Of a DNA stretch of 64,000 bases, positions 46,481-57,588 are shown in pieces; position 1 is the stretch's first letter, and the number at the start of each line of letters is the position of its first letter. The DNA lies in the IMG/VR virus record IMGVR_UViG_3300049043_000188, positions 56,673 to 120,672 of that record. One strand, 5' to 3'. Under the pieces are notes generated by a model. The model saw only the letters and a list, made by a program, of their open reading frames with translations. It was not told where the DNA came from and did not search any database. The position numbers and the translations under genes are program-made. The DNA is from a virus.

Positions 46481-47160
46481 CTACGCCAGCAGCTCATCGT
46501 CGTTGCCAAGGGGTCGTTCTCGACCTTGACGCGGGCGCGCAGCACAAGCCTGGTGGCGACCAGGCTCAGTCCGGCCTTGCCGTCGACGGTGCCAGATGGA
46601 CCTCGGGCGGACGCAGATCTTGACCTCCGCGTTGTAGAAGTTGACCATCGCTGTCCAGGTAGTCCTTTAAGAACGCCCAGCCCTTCGCCTCGATCCACCT
46701 TCCGTTGGCCACCACCGTCAGCTTCGTGAGGGGGCTGCCGGCCAAGACCACGAAGACCTTCACGTTGCTGCTGCCACCGACACGAGGTCGTCCGTCACGA
46801 GCGGCTGCCACTGTACCTTCGGATCTTCTGAGCTCCTGCGAGACCTGCTCATCCAGGCGTTTGAAGAAGGCGGTGGTCTCTTCGTCCAGAAGGATGCGCA
46901 TGGAGAGGCTCTCCGAGGCCTTGTCCGTCTTCTCGCCGCCCAGGAAGGAAGGCTTCCCAAATCTTGCTGGTTCAGGTCGGAGCCGACTTCGTCGAGAGCC
47001 AGCCCGAAGGGGTCAGGTTGAAGCTCTCCAGGGGCAGCACAATCAAGGAATCCTCGGAGTCCTTCTGCTTCTTGCCGGTGTCCTTGAGCTTCAAGTCCTC
47101 GATCTGGATGTCAAGGAAGCTCTGGACGTCTGCGCTGCGGGCTTTCTTGGCGGCGGCCAT
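46481..47160 (-). CDS. putative single-stranded DNA-binding protein (T7 gp2.5 / NCLDV OB-fold type), frameshifted
   Basis: SLSMRILLDEETTAFFKRLDEQ..WQPLV..VKICVRP..IW.VDGKAGLSLVATRLVL, with acidic aromatic tail NDP(F)GNDDELLA*; adjacent to the polymerase. Confidence 0.6.
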
Positions 47161-47337
47161 GGCTTCGGCGTCGGAGGGTTCGAGAGGGTAAGAAACACTT
47201 CTGAGATTTTCTGCAGACAGTCATCTTTCATGTACCCTGAGAAAAAGTCGTCCGATGAACGAGCCGAGCAGATTCAGACACTGACTTCAAACGTGTTTAC
47301 GGGACATCTTTTTTTTTTACTCCTAGCGCTCTACACG

Positions 47338-50300
47338 TCAACGTCCTACTCTAGAAGGAAGGCGCCTCTCACTCACGGGGCGCGCAGCGATCTCCAAGGC
47401 CTTGGCGTGCAGGTCCAGCTCGTTGCCATCGATCTTCTCGTAGACGTTGTCCAAGAAGTTCTTCTGGGCGGCGTAGGACATCACCTTCAAATCGCTCTGC
47501 TTCGTGGGCCTGGACATGGCGGTGATGATGTCCCTCACCGTCGATCTTGCTGCTGTGCAAGTCCATGAGGCAGATGCGCTCCTTCAAGGTCCTGCCCTGG
47601 ATGCTGGCGTCAGACGAGGCTGAACTGCGGACGCATGAGCTCGCTGAACCTCTTGTGCGTGAGGTCGTAGCTCACCTTGCCCTGAGTCTCGCGCTGCACG
47701 GCCGCTCTGTCCACGGCGGCCTCTCCCAGGTCCTCCAAGGCCTCGTCGTCGGAGCTCTTCCTCTGCTGCCTCGTCCGTAGGGGCTGCCGGAGGTGCCTCG
47801 ACGAGCTTCTGGCCCACGTGAGTCCGGGTGCAGCGAGACCGTGATCTTCTGGGCGTCCCAGGACTCGACCCACGGTAGACCGCGCCGGTGACCGGTGAGC
47901 CCTTCGTGTAGCGGCGGCTGTCAGCAGAGCGAGCTCGATGCCCTTCCAGACGATCATGTCCTGAGGCTGCATCGTCCAGCCAGGCTTCTCGCCCTCGCAG
48001 GCACGTAGAGGACCTCCGACTGATGCTCGGCCCAGAGCCAGTTCATCGCGTGGTTGAGGGCGATGCGGTCCTTGTGCCTCACGACGATGTAGGCAGCGGC
48101 AGAGGTCGCTGGCGGTCGGAGTGTGGCCGAGTGCTCCACCAGCCACTCGGCGATCTCCGGCACCTTGCGGTCGTCGTCTGCGTAGCAGTAGAGGCTGGTG
48201 AAGATGTCGAAGAGCGACTGGTCCACGCCCCTCCTGTAAACGCTCATGCGCACCCGCAGGCCTCCGCAGAGCTCGTGGATGAGGCTGCTCTTCCGCATGT
48301 CCCTGGTATTCATGGCGTCCTGCCAGCTGTCGAAGATGGGCTTCCTCTGGCCGTCCGCGTCGCCCACGATGATGAAGATGACGCCCACGAGCTTCCACTG
48401 AGCCAGCTCCACCCAGGTGTGCAGCTGCACCTCCGACCACTCGTCGATGAATGAGACGATCGTGCCCTTCTTGGGCGCGCCGCCCTTGCCGCGGTACTTG
48501 TGCAGGTAGTGAGCGAATGGTCTTCCCGCACATCAGCATGGCGGTGCAATGCCTCAAAGCCATCGAGAGGTGCTTTCCAGGAGCGGTCTGCTGCAGTTCC
48601 TTCATGAGCTCCCGGACGCCGATGGGGCCGAGGGTCTTGCCCGTTCCAGGAGGGCCGGTGATCAGGCAGCCGCCCTTCTCGCGGATCTTCTGGGCGAGCA
48701 ACTTCACGTCGGGCACGTCCCACTCCTGGTACTCCTTCCCACTGCACCGGCTTCAGCTCGATCTTGTGTTCTCGGAGGCTGTCTCCCTGAGGCCAGGTGG
48801 GCACCTTGCAGACGGGCTCGTTCTTGATCTGGAACATCTGAGAGCCGTCCGGGAAGCGCAGGTTCTCCTCGATCTGCGACAGGAGCCTCCTCTGGTCCAA
48901 GTCGTGGGAGAAGACGAAGACGCCGTCGACGTGGGCCCCCACGATGCTCATTCTGCTCAGGAAAGCGCCTCACGAACTCGGTGGCCTGGGCGATCCTCAG
49001 CTGCTCCACGTCCAAGGCGATGCGGCCCCACGGTGCCATGCTGTAGAGGCCCACCAGTTCCGTGTAGGAGGTGAAGATGAAGCTGCCGTCCGGCATGCGG
49101 CGCCGAGTCCTCACGCCGGCCCTGCGTCGATCCGGAGAAGCCCTGAGTCTGCTTGTAGCAGAACTGCTTCGAGGACGTTGTAGAGGCCCAGCATGGAGAG
49201 GATGGCCCCCTTCGTGTACTGCTCAGGCGAGGAGGCGTCGTTCTGCCAGAGGGCGTCCGCATAGACCGTCTTCAGGACCTCCAAGTTCTTCTCGAAGAGC
49301 TCCGGAGGGACGTGGCGAGTGGCCGTGAGCGAGGCCTTGCAGTGGTGCACGGAGACGGTGCCCCTCTCCAGCATGTACTCGCAGACCTCCGCGGCGTAGG
49401 GACGCGGGCCGGTGTAGGGAAAGAGGCCCTCGTGCAGACGTCCCTCGACCTCGATGTAGACGTAGTCGGCCTTCGGCAGGTCCTCCAGGCGAAACGGCTG
49501 CCACTCGTCCAGCGGGCTGAAGACCGGAAGGCCGCGGGTCCCTCTTCACCAGAGCGTTCGTGCGGCAGCCCACGGCGTCGATGCACTTCAGGACGGCGAC
49601 GTGGTTGGGGATGGCCAGCTTCTGCTGGGAGGTCGTGACCACCTCCGGCTTCTGGTGCCCCGAGAGCAGGTCCCTGACGCACTCGGTCTTCATCGCCCGG
49701 CTCTTCGACTGAATAGCCTTGACGAACTTCCCCAGGACCAGGCGCTTCTTCTCCACGGCCTGGGCGTCCGGGCGTTTCTTGGTGTCCAGCTTCTTCCGGA
49801 TGTCCTTGGACGACTCGAAGACCCCGTAGAGACCTCCTTGGGCTTCGGAGCACAGTGCAGGTCGCGGTAGAGCTGCGGCGAGAGGTGCGACTCGATCGTG
49901 TGGAACTTCGACTTCCGCTGAGGTCCAGACCGGCCTGCTGCAGCTTGTAGGTCTCCTCCGAGTGGCACGGCTGGCAGAGAGCCGGAGGTTCGACGGGTCG
50001 TTGGAGCCTCCCTGGCAGAGCGGCGAGATGTGGTCGATCTCGAAGCGCTTCTTCAGGTCGTCTCCGCAGATGGCGCACTGCCTCTCCTGCTTCTCCAGGA
50101 TGGCCTGCCTCACCGAGTCCTCGATCTTCAGGCGGCGGCTCACGAAGAGGGCGCTCATCATCCTGTGCGTGAGCACCGACTTCGACTCGCCGTGGTAGAC
50201 CAGGGCCAGGCCCGTGTGCAGCTGGAAGGCGGTGCAGGCGGACTGCAGGAGCTCGGCGTCTTCGGGGACCACCCTGACGCCGAATCTCCACCTTCTTCTT

Positions 50301-51706
50301 CGAGGCGTGACGCCGTCCCTCATTTGCTCCTTCTTGGTCTTCTGGCAGAGGTTCAGGGACTTGATGAGCTCGGGGCGGTGGCCGAGGCCCCACCCAGAGC
50401 TTCACGTCCTGGTCCTCGAGCTCCTTCTTGACTGACTTCCACGTCCTTCTGGTGGCAGTAGAAGGTCTTGCTCATGCCCTGCGTGATCTGGTCCAGGAAG
50501 GCGTCCAGGCTGTACTCCACCATCTCCGAGAGGAGGCATCCCGTCCTCGTCCTGCTTCGTGCGCACCTCTATCAGCTCCTCGGTCTTCAGCACGATCTCT
50601 GGAGGGCCCTCGAGGCAACTGAGCGGCGCCCGACTTTGCGTCACGGTCGTCGTAGAAGAAGGCGTGATCGCCGAAGATCTGATAGGCGATGGAGGCATTA
50701 TGACCGTGCGACGTGTTCACGTCGTTCTGGAAGACCCGAGTGTCTTGTAGAGGACCGTCAGGCCGATCTTCTGGCGTTCACAGAAGAGGGCCACCATCTT
50801 TGACGTCACGCCGACCTCCTGCCAGCCTGCAGTCTTCAAAAGGGTAGGGCCTCTGAGGCTCCACCAGGCCAGATTCGACGTCGTTCTCCAGGACGGCCTC
50901 GCCAGGGTAGAGCTCGCCAAAGATCTGTCGAACTCGGCGGCCACCTGCTGCGGAGTGAACCTGGGGACCTGGGTTACTTGCATTCGGCGTGTCCCTGCCA
51001 CCCTTCTGAGCTCCTGCCTTGGCCACTTCTGTCTGCTTCTTCTTCGTCACCAGCTTCGACGATCTGGGCCACCACACAGCCTCCTCTGTCCGTGAGGTCC
51101 ATGCAGGCGATCTTCGCGAGGCCGTCGCGGTTGTACATGTGCTGGTCGATGTAGGGGAGCCCGAGCAGAGGCCTGTCCAGGATCCGTTGCTCGACGATTG
51201 GATCATCTTGGTTGAAGACGTGCCTGAAGACCTGCTCGTCGAAGGTGATCGGTTAGCTCCCGTCCCACACCCAGATGATAGTGCTCTCAAGCTGCACCTT
51301 GCGCTTCAGGCCGTCCACGGTGTTGACCAGAGGAAGGCTTTGAAGGTATCTGGGCACGTCTCCTCGCAAGGCAGCCTCAATGTCCTCTCGACTTTGATCG
51401 TGATCGTGCACGAAGCCAATGTTAGCCAGCTCTCTGAGATCATCAGGACGCGCATGCGTATGCAGTCAAGAAGCGCCTGCCGTCAACGGCAGAGGTTGCC
51501 GAGGTCCGTGACCTCGGCGGTGATAGGAGTCCGAGCGGAGCAGCGGAGTGTCGGCTTGCAGATCCCGACGTATCACTCCTCAAAATACGCTTCGGTTGTC
51601 GAAGGCCGCCGCTGCACCTTCTTCTGCGCCCCTGATCTTCGACGGCGCAATGTAGCCTTACGTCCGGACGTTGATGATGAAGTTCGCCGCGGTTGTGTCC
51701 AGAGAA
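47338..51706 (-). CDS. large replication polyprotein (5' end missing): Cys-protease-like domain, HNH nuclease, divergent family-B DNA polymerase, SF1B (Pif1/RecD-like) helicase
   Basis: Joined across indels: GCVV (51070-51081)..GDHAFFY (50652-50672); CAIC..EIDHISPLCQGGSND..LCQPCH (49962-50080); CIDAVGCRTNAL (49550-49585); KGAILSMLGLYN (49177-49212); GAHVDGVF (48916-48939); GPPGTGKT (48633-48656); IDEWS; VGDADGQ; ASIQGRT; TAMSR. Confidence 0.7.
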
Positions 51707-51755
51707 AGCAATACGTAACTGAACGAAGAGCATCGCAAAACAGTTACGTATTGCT
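51707..51755. other. ONT adapter junction
   Basis: AGCAATACGTAACTGAACGAAG...TTACGTATTGCT. Confidence 0.97.
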
Positions 51756-51963
51756 GCCATCAGATTGTGTTTGTTAGTCGCTTTTTTTTTTGGAATTTTT
51801 TTTTTGGAATTTTTTTTTTGCGCTAACAACCTCCTGCCGTTTTGCCCGTGCATATCGGTCACGAACAAATCTGATTACTAAACACAGTAGCCTGGATTTG
51901 TTCTATCAGTAATCGACCTTATTCCTAATTAAATAGAGCAAATCCCCTTATTGGGGGTAAGAC

Positions 51964-52287
51964 ATGAAGATGCCAGAAAAACATGACCTGTTGGCCGCCA
52001 TTCTCGCGGCAAAGGAACAAGGCATCGGGGCAATCCTTGCGTTTGCAATGGCGTACCTTCGCGGCAGATATAATGGCGGTGCGTTTACAAAAACAGTAAT
52101 CGACGCAACGATGTGCGCCATTATCGCCTAGTTCATTCGTGACCTTCTCGACTTCGCCGGACTAAGTAGCAATCTCGCTTATATAACGAGCGTGTTTATC
52201 GGCTACATCGGTACTGACTCGATTGGTTCGCTTATCAAACGCTTCGCTGCTAAAAAAGCCGGAGTAGAAGATGGTAGAAATCAATAA
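51964..52287 (+). pseudogene. S: lambda holin/antiholin S107/S105 with amber codon 56 (Sam7)
   Basis: Dual start ATG AAG ATG; TAG at 52129-52131 is codon 56. Confidence 0.95.
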
Positions 52288-52747
52288 TCAACGTAAGGCG
52301 TTCCTCGATATGCTGGCGTGGTCGGAGGGAACTGATAACGGACGTCAGAAAACCAGAAATCATGGTTATGACGTCATTGTAGGCGGAGAGCTATTTACTG
52401 ATTACTCCGATCACCCTCGCAAACTTGTCACGCTAAACCCAAAACTCAAATCAACAGGCGCCGGACGCTACCAGCTTCTTTCCCGTTGGTGGGATGCCTA
52501 CCGCAAGCAGCTTGGCCTGAAAGACTTCTCTCCGAAAAGTCAGGACGCTGTGGCATTGCAGCAGATTAAGGAGCGTGGCGCTTTACCTATGATTGATCGT
52601 GGTGATATCCGTCAGGCAATCGACCGTTGCAGCAATATCTGGGCTTCACTGCCGGGCGCTGGTTATGGTCAGTTCGAGCATAAGGCTGACAGCCTGATTG
52701 CAAAATTCAAAGAAGCGGGCGGAACGGTCAGAGAGATTGATGTATGA
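52271..52747 (+). CDS. R: lambda endolysin (lytic transglycosylase)
   Basis: [22 protein letters not shown]... Confidence 0.98.
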   Translation: MVEINNQRKAFLDMLAWSEGTDNGRQKTRNHGYDVIVGGELFTDYSDHPRKLVTLNPKLKSTGAGRYQLLSRWWDAYRKQLGLKDFSPKSQDAVALQQIKERGALPMIDRGDIRQAIDRCSNIWASLPGAGYGQFEHKADSLIAKFKEAGGTVREIDV

Positions 52748-53204
52748 GCAGAGTCACCGCGATTATCTCCGCTCTGGTTATCTGCATCATCGTCTGCCTG
52801 TCATGGGCTGTTAATCATTACCGTGATAACGCCATTACCTACAAAGCCCAGCGCGACAAAAATGCCAGAGAACTGAAGCTGGCGAACGCGGCAATTACTG
52901 ACATGCAGATGCGTCAGCGTGATGTTGCTGCGCTCGATGCAAAATACACGAAGGAGTTAGCTGATGCTAAAGCTGAAAATGATGCTCTGCGTGATGATGT
53001 TGCCGCTGGTCGTCGTCGGTTGCACATCAAAGCAGTCTGTCAGTCAGTGCGTGAAGCCACCACCGCCTCCGGCGTGGATAATGCAGCCTCCCCCGACTGG
53101 CAGACACCGCTGAACGGGATTATTTCACCCTCAGAGAGAGGCTGATCACTATGCAAAAACAACTGGAAGGAACCCAGAAGTATATTAATGAGCAGTGCAG
53201 ATAG
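52744..53204 (+). CDS. Rz: lambda i-spanin (1-nt deletion in a C-run at about 53090, read error)
   Basis: [28 protein letters not shown]... Confidence 0.95.
52964..53145 (+). CDS. Rz1: lambda o-spanin lipoprotein nested in Rz
   Basis: [20 protein letters not shown]... in the +1 frame. Confidence 0.9.
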
Positions 53205-53235
53205 AGTTGCCCATATCGATGGGCAACTCATGCAA

Positions 53236-53529
53236 TTATTGTGAGCAATACACACGCGCTTCCAGCGGAGTATAAATGCCTAAAGTAATAAAACCGAGCA
53301 ATCCATTTACGAATGTTTGCTGGGTTTCTGTTTTAACAACATTTTCTGCGCCGCCACAAATTTTGGCTGCATCGACAGTTTTCTTCTGCCCAATTCCAGA
53401 AACGAAGAAATGATGGGTGATGGTTTCCTTTGGTGCTACTGCTGCCGGTTTGTTTTGAACAGTAAACGTCTGTTGAGCACATCCTGTAATAAGCAGGGCC
53501 AGCGCAGTAGCGAGTAGCATTTTTTTCAT
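53236..53529 (-). CDS. bor: lambda Bor serum-resistance lipoprotein
   Basis: MKKMLLATALALLITGCAQQTF... Confidence 0.97.
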   Translation of the reverse strand: MKKMLLATALALLITGCAQQTFTVQNKPAAVAPKETITHHFFVSGIGQKKTVDAAKICGGAENVVKTETQQTFVNGLLGFITLGIYTPLEARVYCSQ

Positions 53530-53818
53530 GGTGTTATTCCCGATGCTTTTTGAAGTTCGCAGAATCGTATGTGTAGAAAATTAAACAAACCCTAAACAAT
53601 GAGTTGAAATTTCATATTGTTAATATTTATTAATGTATGTCAGGTGCGATGAATCGTCATTGTATTCCCGGATTAACTATGTCCACAGCCCTGACGGGGA
53701 ACTTCTCTGCGGGAGTGTCCGGGAATAATTAAAACGATGCACACAGGGTTTAGCGCGTACACGTATTGCATTATGCCAACGCCCCGGTGCTGACACGGAA
53801 GAAACCGGACGTTATGAT

Positions 53819-54352
53819 TTAGCGTGGAAAGATTTGTGTAGTGTTCTGAATGCTCTCAGTAAATAGTAATGAATTATCAAAGGTATAGTAATATCTTTTA
53901 TGTTCATGGATATTTGTAACCCATCGGAAAACTCCTGCTTTAGCAAGATTTTCCCTGTATTGCTGAAATGTGATTTCTCTTGATTTCAACCTATCATAGG
54001 ACGTTTCTATAAGATGCGTGTTTCTTGAGAATTTAACATTTACAACCTTTTTAAGTCCTTTTATTAACACGGTGTTATCGTTTTCTAACACGATGTGAAT
54101 ATTATCTGTGGCTAGATAGTAAATATAATGTGAGACGTTGTGACGTTTTAGTTCAGAATAAAACAATTCACAGTCTAAATCTTTTCGCACTTGATCGAAT
54201 ATTTCTTTAAAAATGGCAACCTGAGCCATTGGTAAAACCTTCCATGTGATACGAGGGCGCGTAGTTTGCATTATCGTTTTTATCGTTTCAATCTGGTCTG
54301 ACCTCCTTGTGTTTTGTTGATGATTTATGTCAAATATTAGGAATGTTTTCAC
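53819..54352 (-). CDS. lambda putative envelope protein (lambdap78, DUF1398-like)
   Basis: Position and sequence in the lambda right end. Confidence 0.8.
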   Translation of the reverse strand: MKTFLIFDINHQQNTRRSDQIETIKTIMQTTRPRITWKVLPMAQVAIFKEIFDQVRKDLDCELFYSELKRHNVSHYIYYLATDNIHIVLENDNTVLIKGLKKVVNVKFSRNTHLIETSYDRLKSREITFQQYRENLAKAGVFRWVTNIHEHKRYYYTFDNSLLFTESIQNTTQIFPR

Positions 54353-54514
54353 TTAATAGTATTGGTTGCGTAACAAAGTGCGGTCCTGCTGGCATTCTGG
54401 AGGGAAATACAACCGACAGATGTATGTAAGGCCAACGTGCTCAAATCTTCATACAGAAAGATTTGAAGTAATATTTTAACCGCTAGATGAAGAGCAAGCG
54501 CATGGAGCGACAAA

Positions 54515-54721
54515 ATGAATAAAGAACAATCTGCTGATGATCCCTCCGTGGATCTGATTCGTGTAAAAAATATGCTTAATAGCACCATTTCTATGAGTTA
54601 CCCTGATGTTGTAATTGCATGTATAGAACATAAGGTGTCTCTGGAAGCATTCAGAGCAATTGAGGCAGCGTTGGTGAAGCACGATAATAATATGAAGGAT
54701 TATTCCCTGGTGGTTGACTGA
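54515..54721 (+). CDS. lambda hypothetical protein (lambdap79)
   Basis: [18 protein letters not shown]... Confidence 0.8.
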
Positions 54722-54885
54722 TCACCATAACTGCTAATCATTCAAACTATTTAGTCTGTGACAGAGCCAACACGCAGTCTGTCACTGTCAGGAAAGTGGT
54801 AAAACTGCAACTCAATTACTGCAATGCCCTCGTAATTAAGTGAATTTACAATATCGTCCTGTTCGGAGGGAAGAACGCGGGATGT

Positions 54886-55080
54886 TCATTCTTCATCACT
54901 TTTAATTGATGTATATGCTCTCTTTTCTGACGTTAGTCTCCGACGGCAGGCTTCAATGACCCAGGCTGAGAAATTCCCGGACCCTTTTTGCTCAAGAGCG
55001 ATGTTAATTTGTTCAATCATTTGGTTAGGAAAGCGGATGTTGCGGGTTGTTGTTCTGCGGGTTCTGTTCTTCGTTGACAT
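54886..55080 (-). CDS. lambda small RHH-like hypothetical protein
   Basis: RNIRFPNQMIEQI..NFSAWVIEACRRRL. Confidence 0.6.
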   Translation of the reverse strand: MSTKNRTRRTTTRNIRFPNQMIEQINIALEQKGSGNFSAWVIEACRRRLTSEKRAYTSIKSDEE

Positions 55081-55312
55081 GAGGTTGCCCCGTATTCAGT
55101 GTCGCTGATTTGTATTGTCTGAAGTTGTTTTTACGTTAAGTTGATGCAGATCAATTAATACGATACCTGCGTCATAATTGATTATTTGACGTGGTTTGAT
55201 GGCCTCCACGCACGTTGTGATATGTAGATGATAATCATTATCACTTTACGGGTCCTTTCCGGTGAAAAAAAGGTACCAAAAAAAACATCGTCGTGAGTAG
55301 TGAACCGTAAGC

Positions 55313-55354
55313 AGCAATACGTAACTGAACGAAGTCAAACAGTTACGTATTGCT
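55313..55354. other. ONT adapter junction
   Basis: AGCAATACGTAACTGAACGAAGT...TTACGTATTGCT. Confidence 0.97.
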
Positions 55355-55534
55355 ATTCACATCCAGCATGTCGTATTTCAACAACTCAACGACAACGTTG
55401 ATATTGCCATGGCAGCTCGCAAAGATTAGGGCAGTGTTACCACTATTGTTTTGATAATCGACATCCATGTTGTTGTGTTTTAACATTTTGAAAGCTTTGT
55501 GGTTGTTTTCAACAATTGGCGTCGAAAAGGACAT
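55355..55534 (-). CDS. ankyrin-repeat protein fragment (eukaryote, diatom-like)
   Basis: VDYQNNSGNTALIFASCHGNINVVVELLK. Confidence 0.75.
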
Positions 55535-57588
55535 TATAATCTAGTTCAGATTTGGGGATGATAGCTGCCTTTATTTTTGCTAACTGTTGTTGTTTCCTAT
55601 TTACGGGCCTTGCGGGAGACGGACCGGTGATAGCGATGAGAGCTGCAAGTGCCCATTGTTGTTATTGTCAGCTTCTTGAGACAAATGTTATGCCTGCATG
55701 TCAGCCATCAGTCAGAACCAGCCAGTCCGAGAGATTGAATCGTCACTTATAAATCTGTAATTCGTTCAGATCGTGAGTTGTGAAGCCCAATTATTCACAA
55801 TCTGATACTACAGCTACGGCAAGACGATACAGATCCAATCTAGTATGATTAGCTATAGGCGAGCTCCAATAGAGAGTATACATCGTTGTGGCTGTTATGT
55901 ACTGTAGGTGAACAGACAATTCATGACGAGGGGAGGCCTGTCTGTCTGCTCGATGATCGGATTGAAGCTGAGATATATCACCTATACTGTGATGGTGGCT
56001 TGGCTCTACTTAATGAGTAGGAGTGCTGAACCACGAGGTATGCCGCATTCCTGAATCCGTTACCGCGTAGTCCATCAAACCTCCGTTGAATTCCTGCATT
56101 TGCCATCCATTCTCAGGTCAGGTTGAATAAATCAACATTATAAACTTATTAGGAAGAGGGTGCGAGACGCTCTACCAGGTACCATATAACATTACATAGT
56201 ATCCTGTACCAACTGTATCCTCAACGGTGACACTTCAGCCGTTTTCATCAAGAATCAAGATGTGCCTTTTTGGTCGTTGACCCATCATGATGGCTGGTTG
56301 CACGGCCAAAACGACAAGCAATTCCACAACTTCGGTCGGCTGCTCAACATCGATCTCCCACATATCGCTATGGTTCTCGACAGCTGACAAGTCCAATGGA
56401 TTTCCTGCCCCAAACTCTTGACTGATCAAACCCAACCATCCAGCCTACGTGCACTTGTGAATGTGGATCGTGGCGAGGGGGAAACCTTGGATACTTCGGA
56501 CGGAGGATGGGTCATTTCACATCATCATAATGGGAAATGAAAGTTCGCACGAGCACGTCTGGGTTATGTCGAAAGCACCCGATTGGTCCAATTTCGATCA
56601 AGTGCTTCTCTATCCCGTTCGAACTACAAGCATTTCCTGCTTTTTCTGGGCATCGAAGCAATGATGGGTGTGCCTCATCGTTTCTCACTGTAAGGATACA
56701 GGGGAGGACGACTCGAACATCCAGGCCATGTCGTTTGGAGTAAGTGATTTTGCTTGGTTGGGCGACGGTAGTAGTACTCTGCATGAAGATGACACGAGTC
56801 GTTGAGCTTACTGGCAAAGAAGCCAGACGCTGCCGCAACTGTGGTTGCTCCAGCAGTCCGGTATAGTTGGCATGCCGAAGGAGGAGACTACTTTTTATTG
56901 TGAGAAGAACTTCCCATGAAAAGCCGCTCCTCCTTTCATAGGGTCAGTGGTTTTGCCGTTCGCACTTGATTTACGATCATGGCTTTGTGCATTCAGCCTT
57001 GATCCTGGGGGACAGCGAAGGATGATAGAAATACGAATGTGAACAACCGATTCAATGCAATTCAAGTGCACAAAGATTTGCGCTGGATTCCTCGCACATG
57101 ATGCCCATGTTTGTTCGCATTCATTGGTGCAATGGTAAATCCATTTTGTAACAGGAACGATTCGACAGGCAGGTTTCATATCTCGAAACACAATCAGCTT
57201 TGGGAACGAGATGGCTACGTCGTGCAGTCTTGCTTGCCTTGATGGTTTCCTTGATACAGTAAAGGGCGACATCGCGAACAAAGCCCAGAGCCTCGGGATG
57301 CCAGAGGAGACTGGGGGATCTGTCAATTCCTTGAAATCTAACCAATCATTTGGTACGGAATTCTGTTCTCATGTTTGATCCATGCTCGGAACACATCAAG
57401 GGCTTTTGTTCCATCTCAAGTCACCAATAAAGGATCCTAAAAACAAGGTCAACCATTAAGATAATTAGCAACAGTAAATTATTAAAGGTTACCCTTGATT
57501 GTAACTTATCATCTTGACAAGAGGCAATATCGATACCCTGCCCACCACCAACAACGCTGTCACATTACAACAGCCTCCGTGACGTTAC

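Larger units (their letters stand above)
42380..51706. mobile_element. Polinton-like virus / virophage-like element, internal 9.3-kb fragment
   Basis: Compact intronless GC-rich genes: penton, C5 MTase, SSB, PolB-helicase fusion; short A/T-tract intergenics. Confidence 0.7.
51756..55312 (+). other. Oxford Nanopore DNA control strand (DCS), 3.6-kb lambda right-end amplicon spike-in
   Basis: Synthetic ends GCCATCAGATTGTGTTTGTTAGTCGC-Tn-GGAA... and ...GGTACC-An-CATCGTCGTGAGTAGTGAACCGTAAGC enclosing lambda S-R-Rz-bor. Confidence 0.98.

Noticed and set aside
46705-51777. Long plus-strand ORFs (46705..47568, 48451..49074, 51019..51777)
   Set aside because: Antisense shadows of GC3-rich minus-strand genes; they contain no motifs.
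51756-55312. Lambdoid lysis cassette as a prophage or as cargo of the adjacent PLV-like element
   Set aside because: Synthetic ends, the Sam7 allele and flanking adapters show it is the sequencing control.
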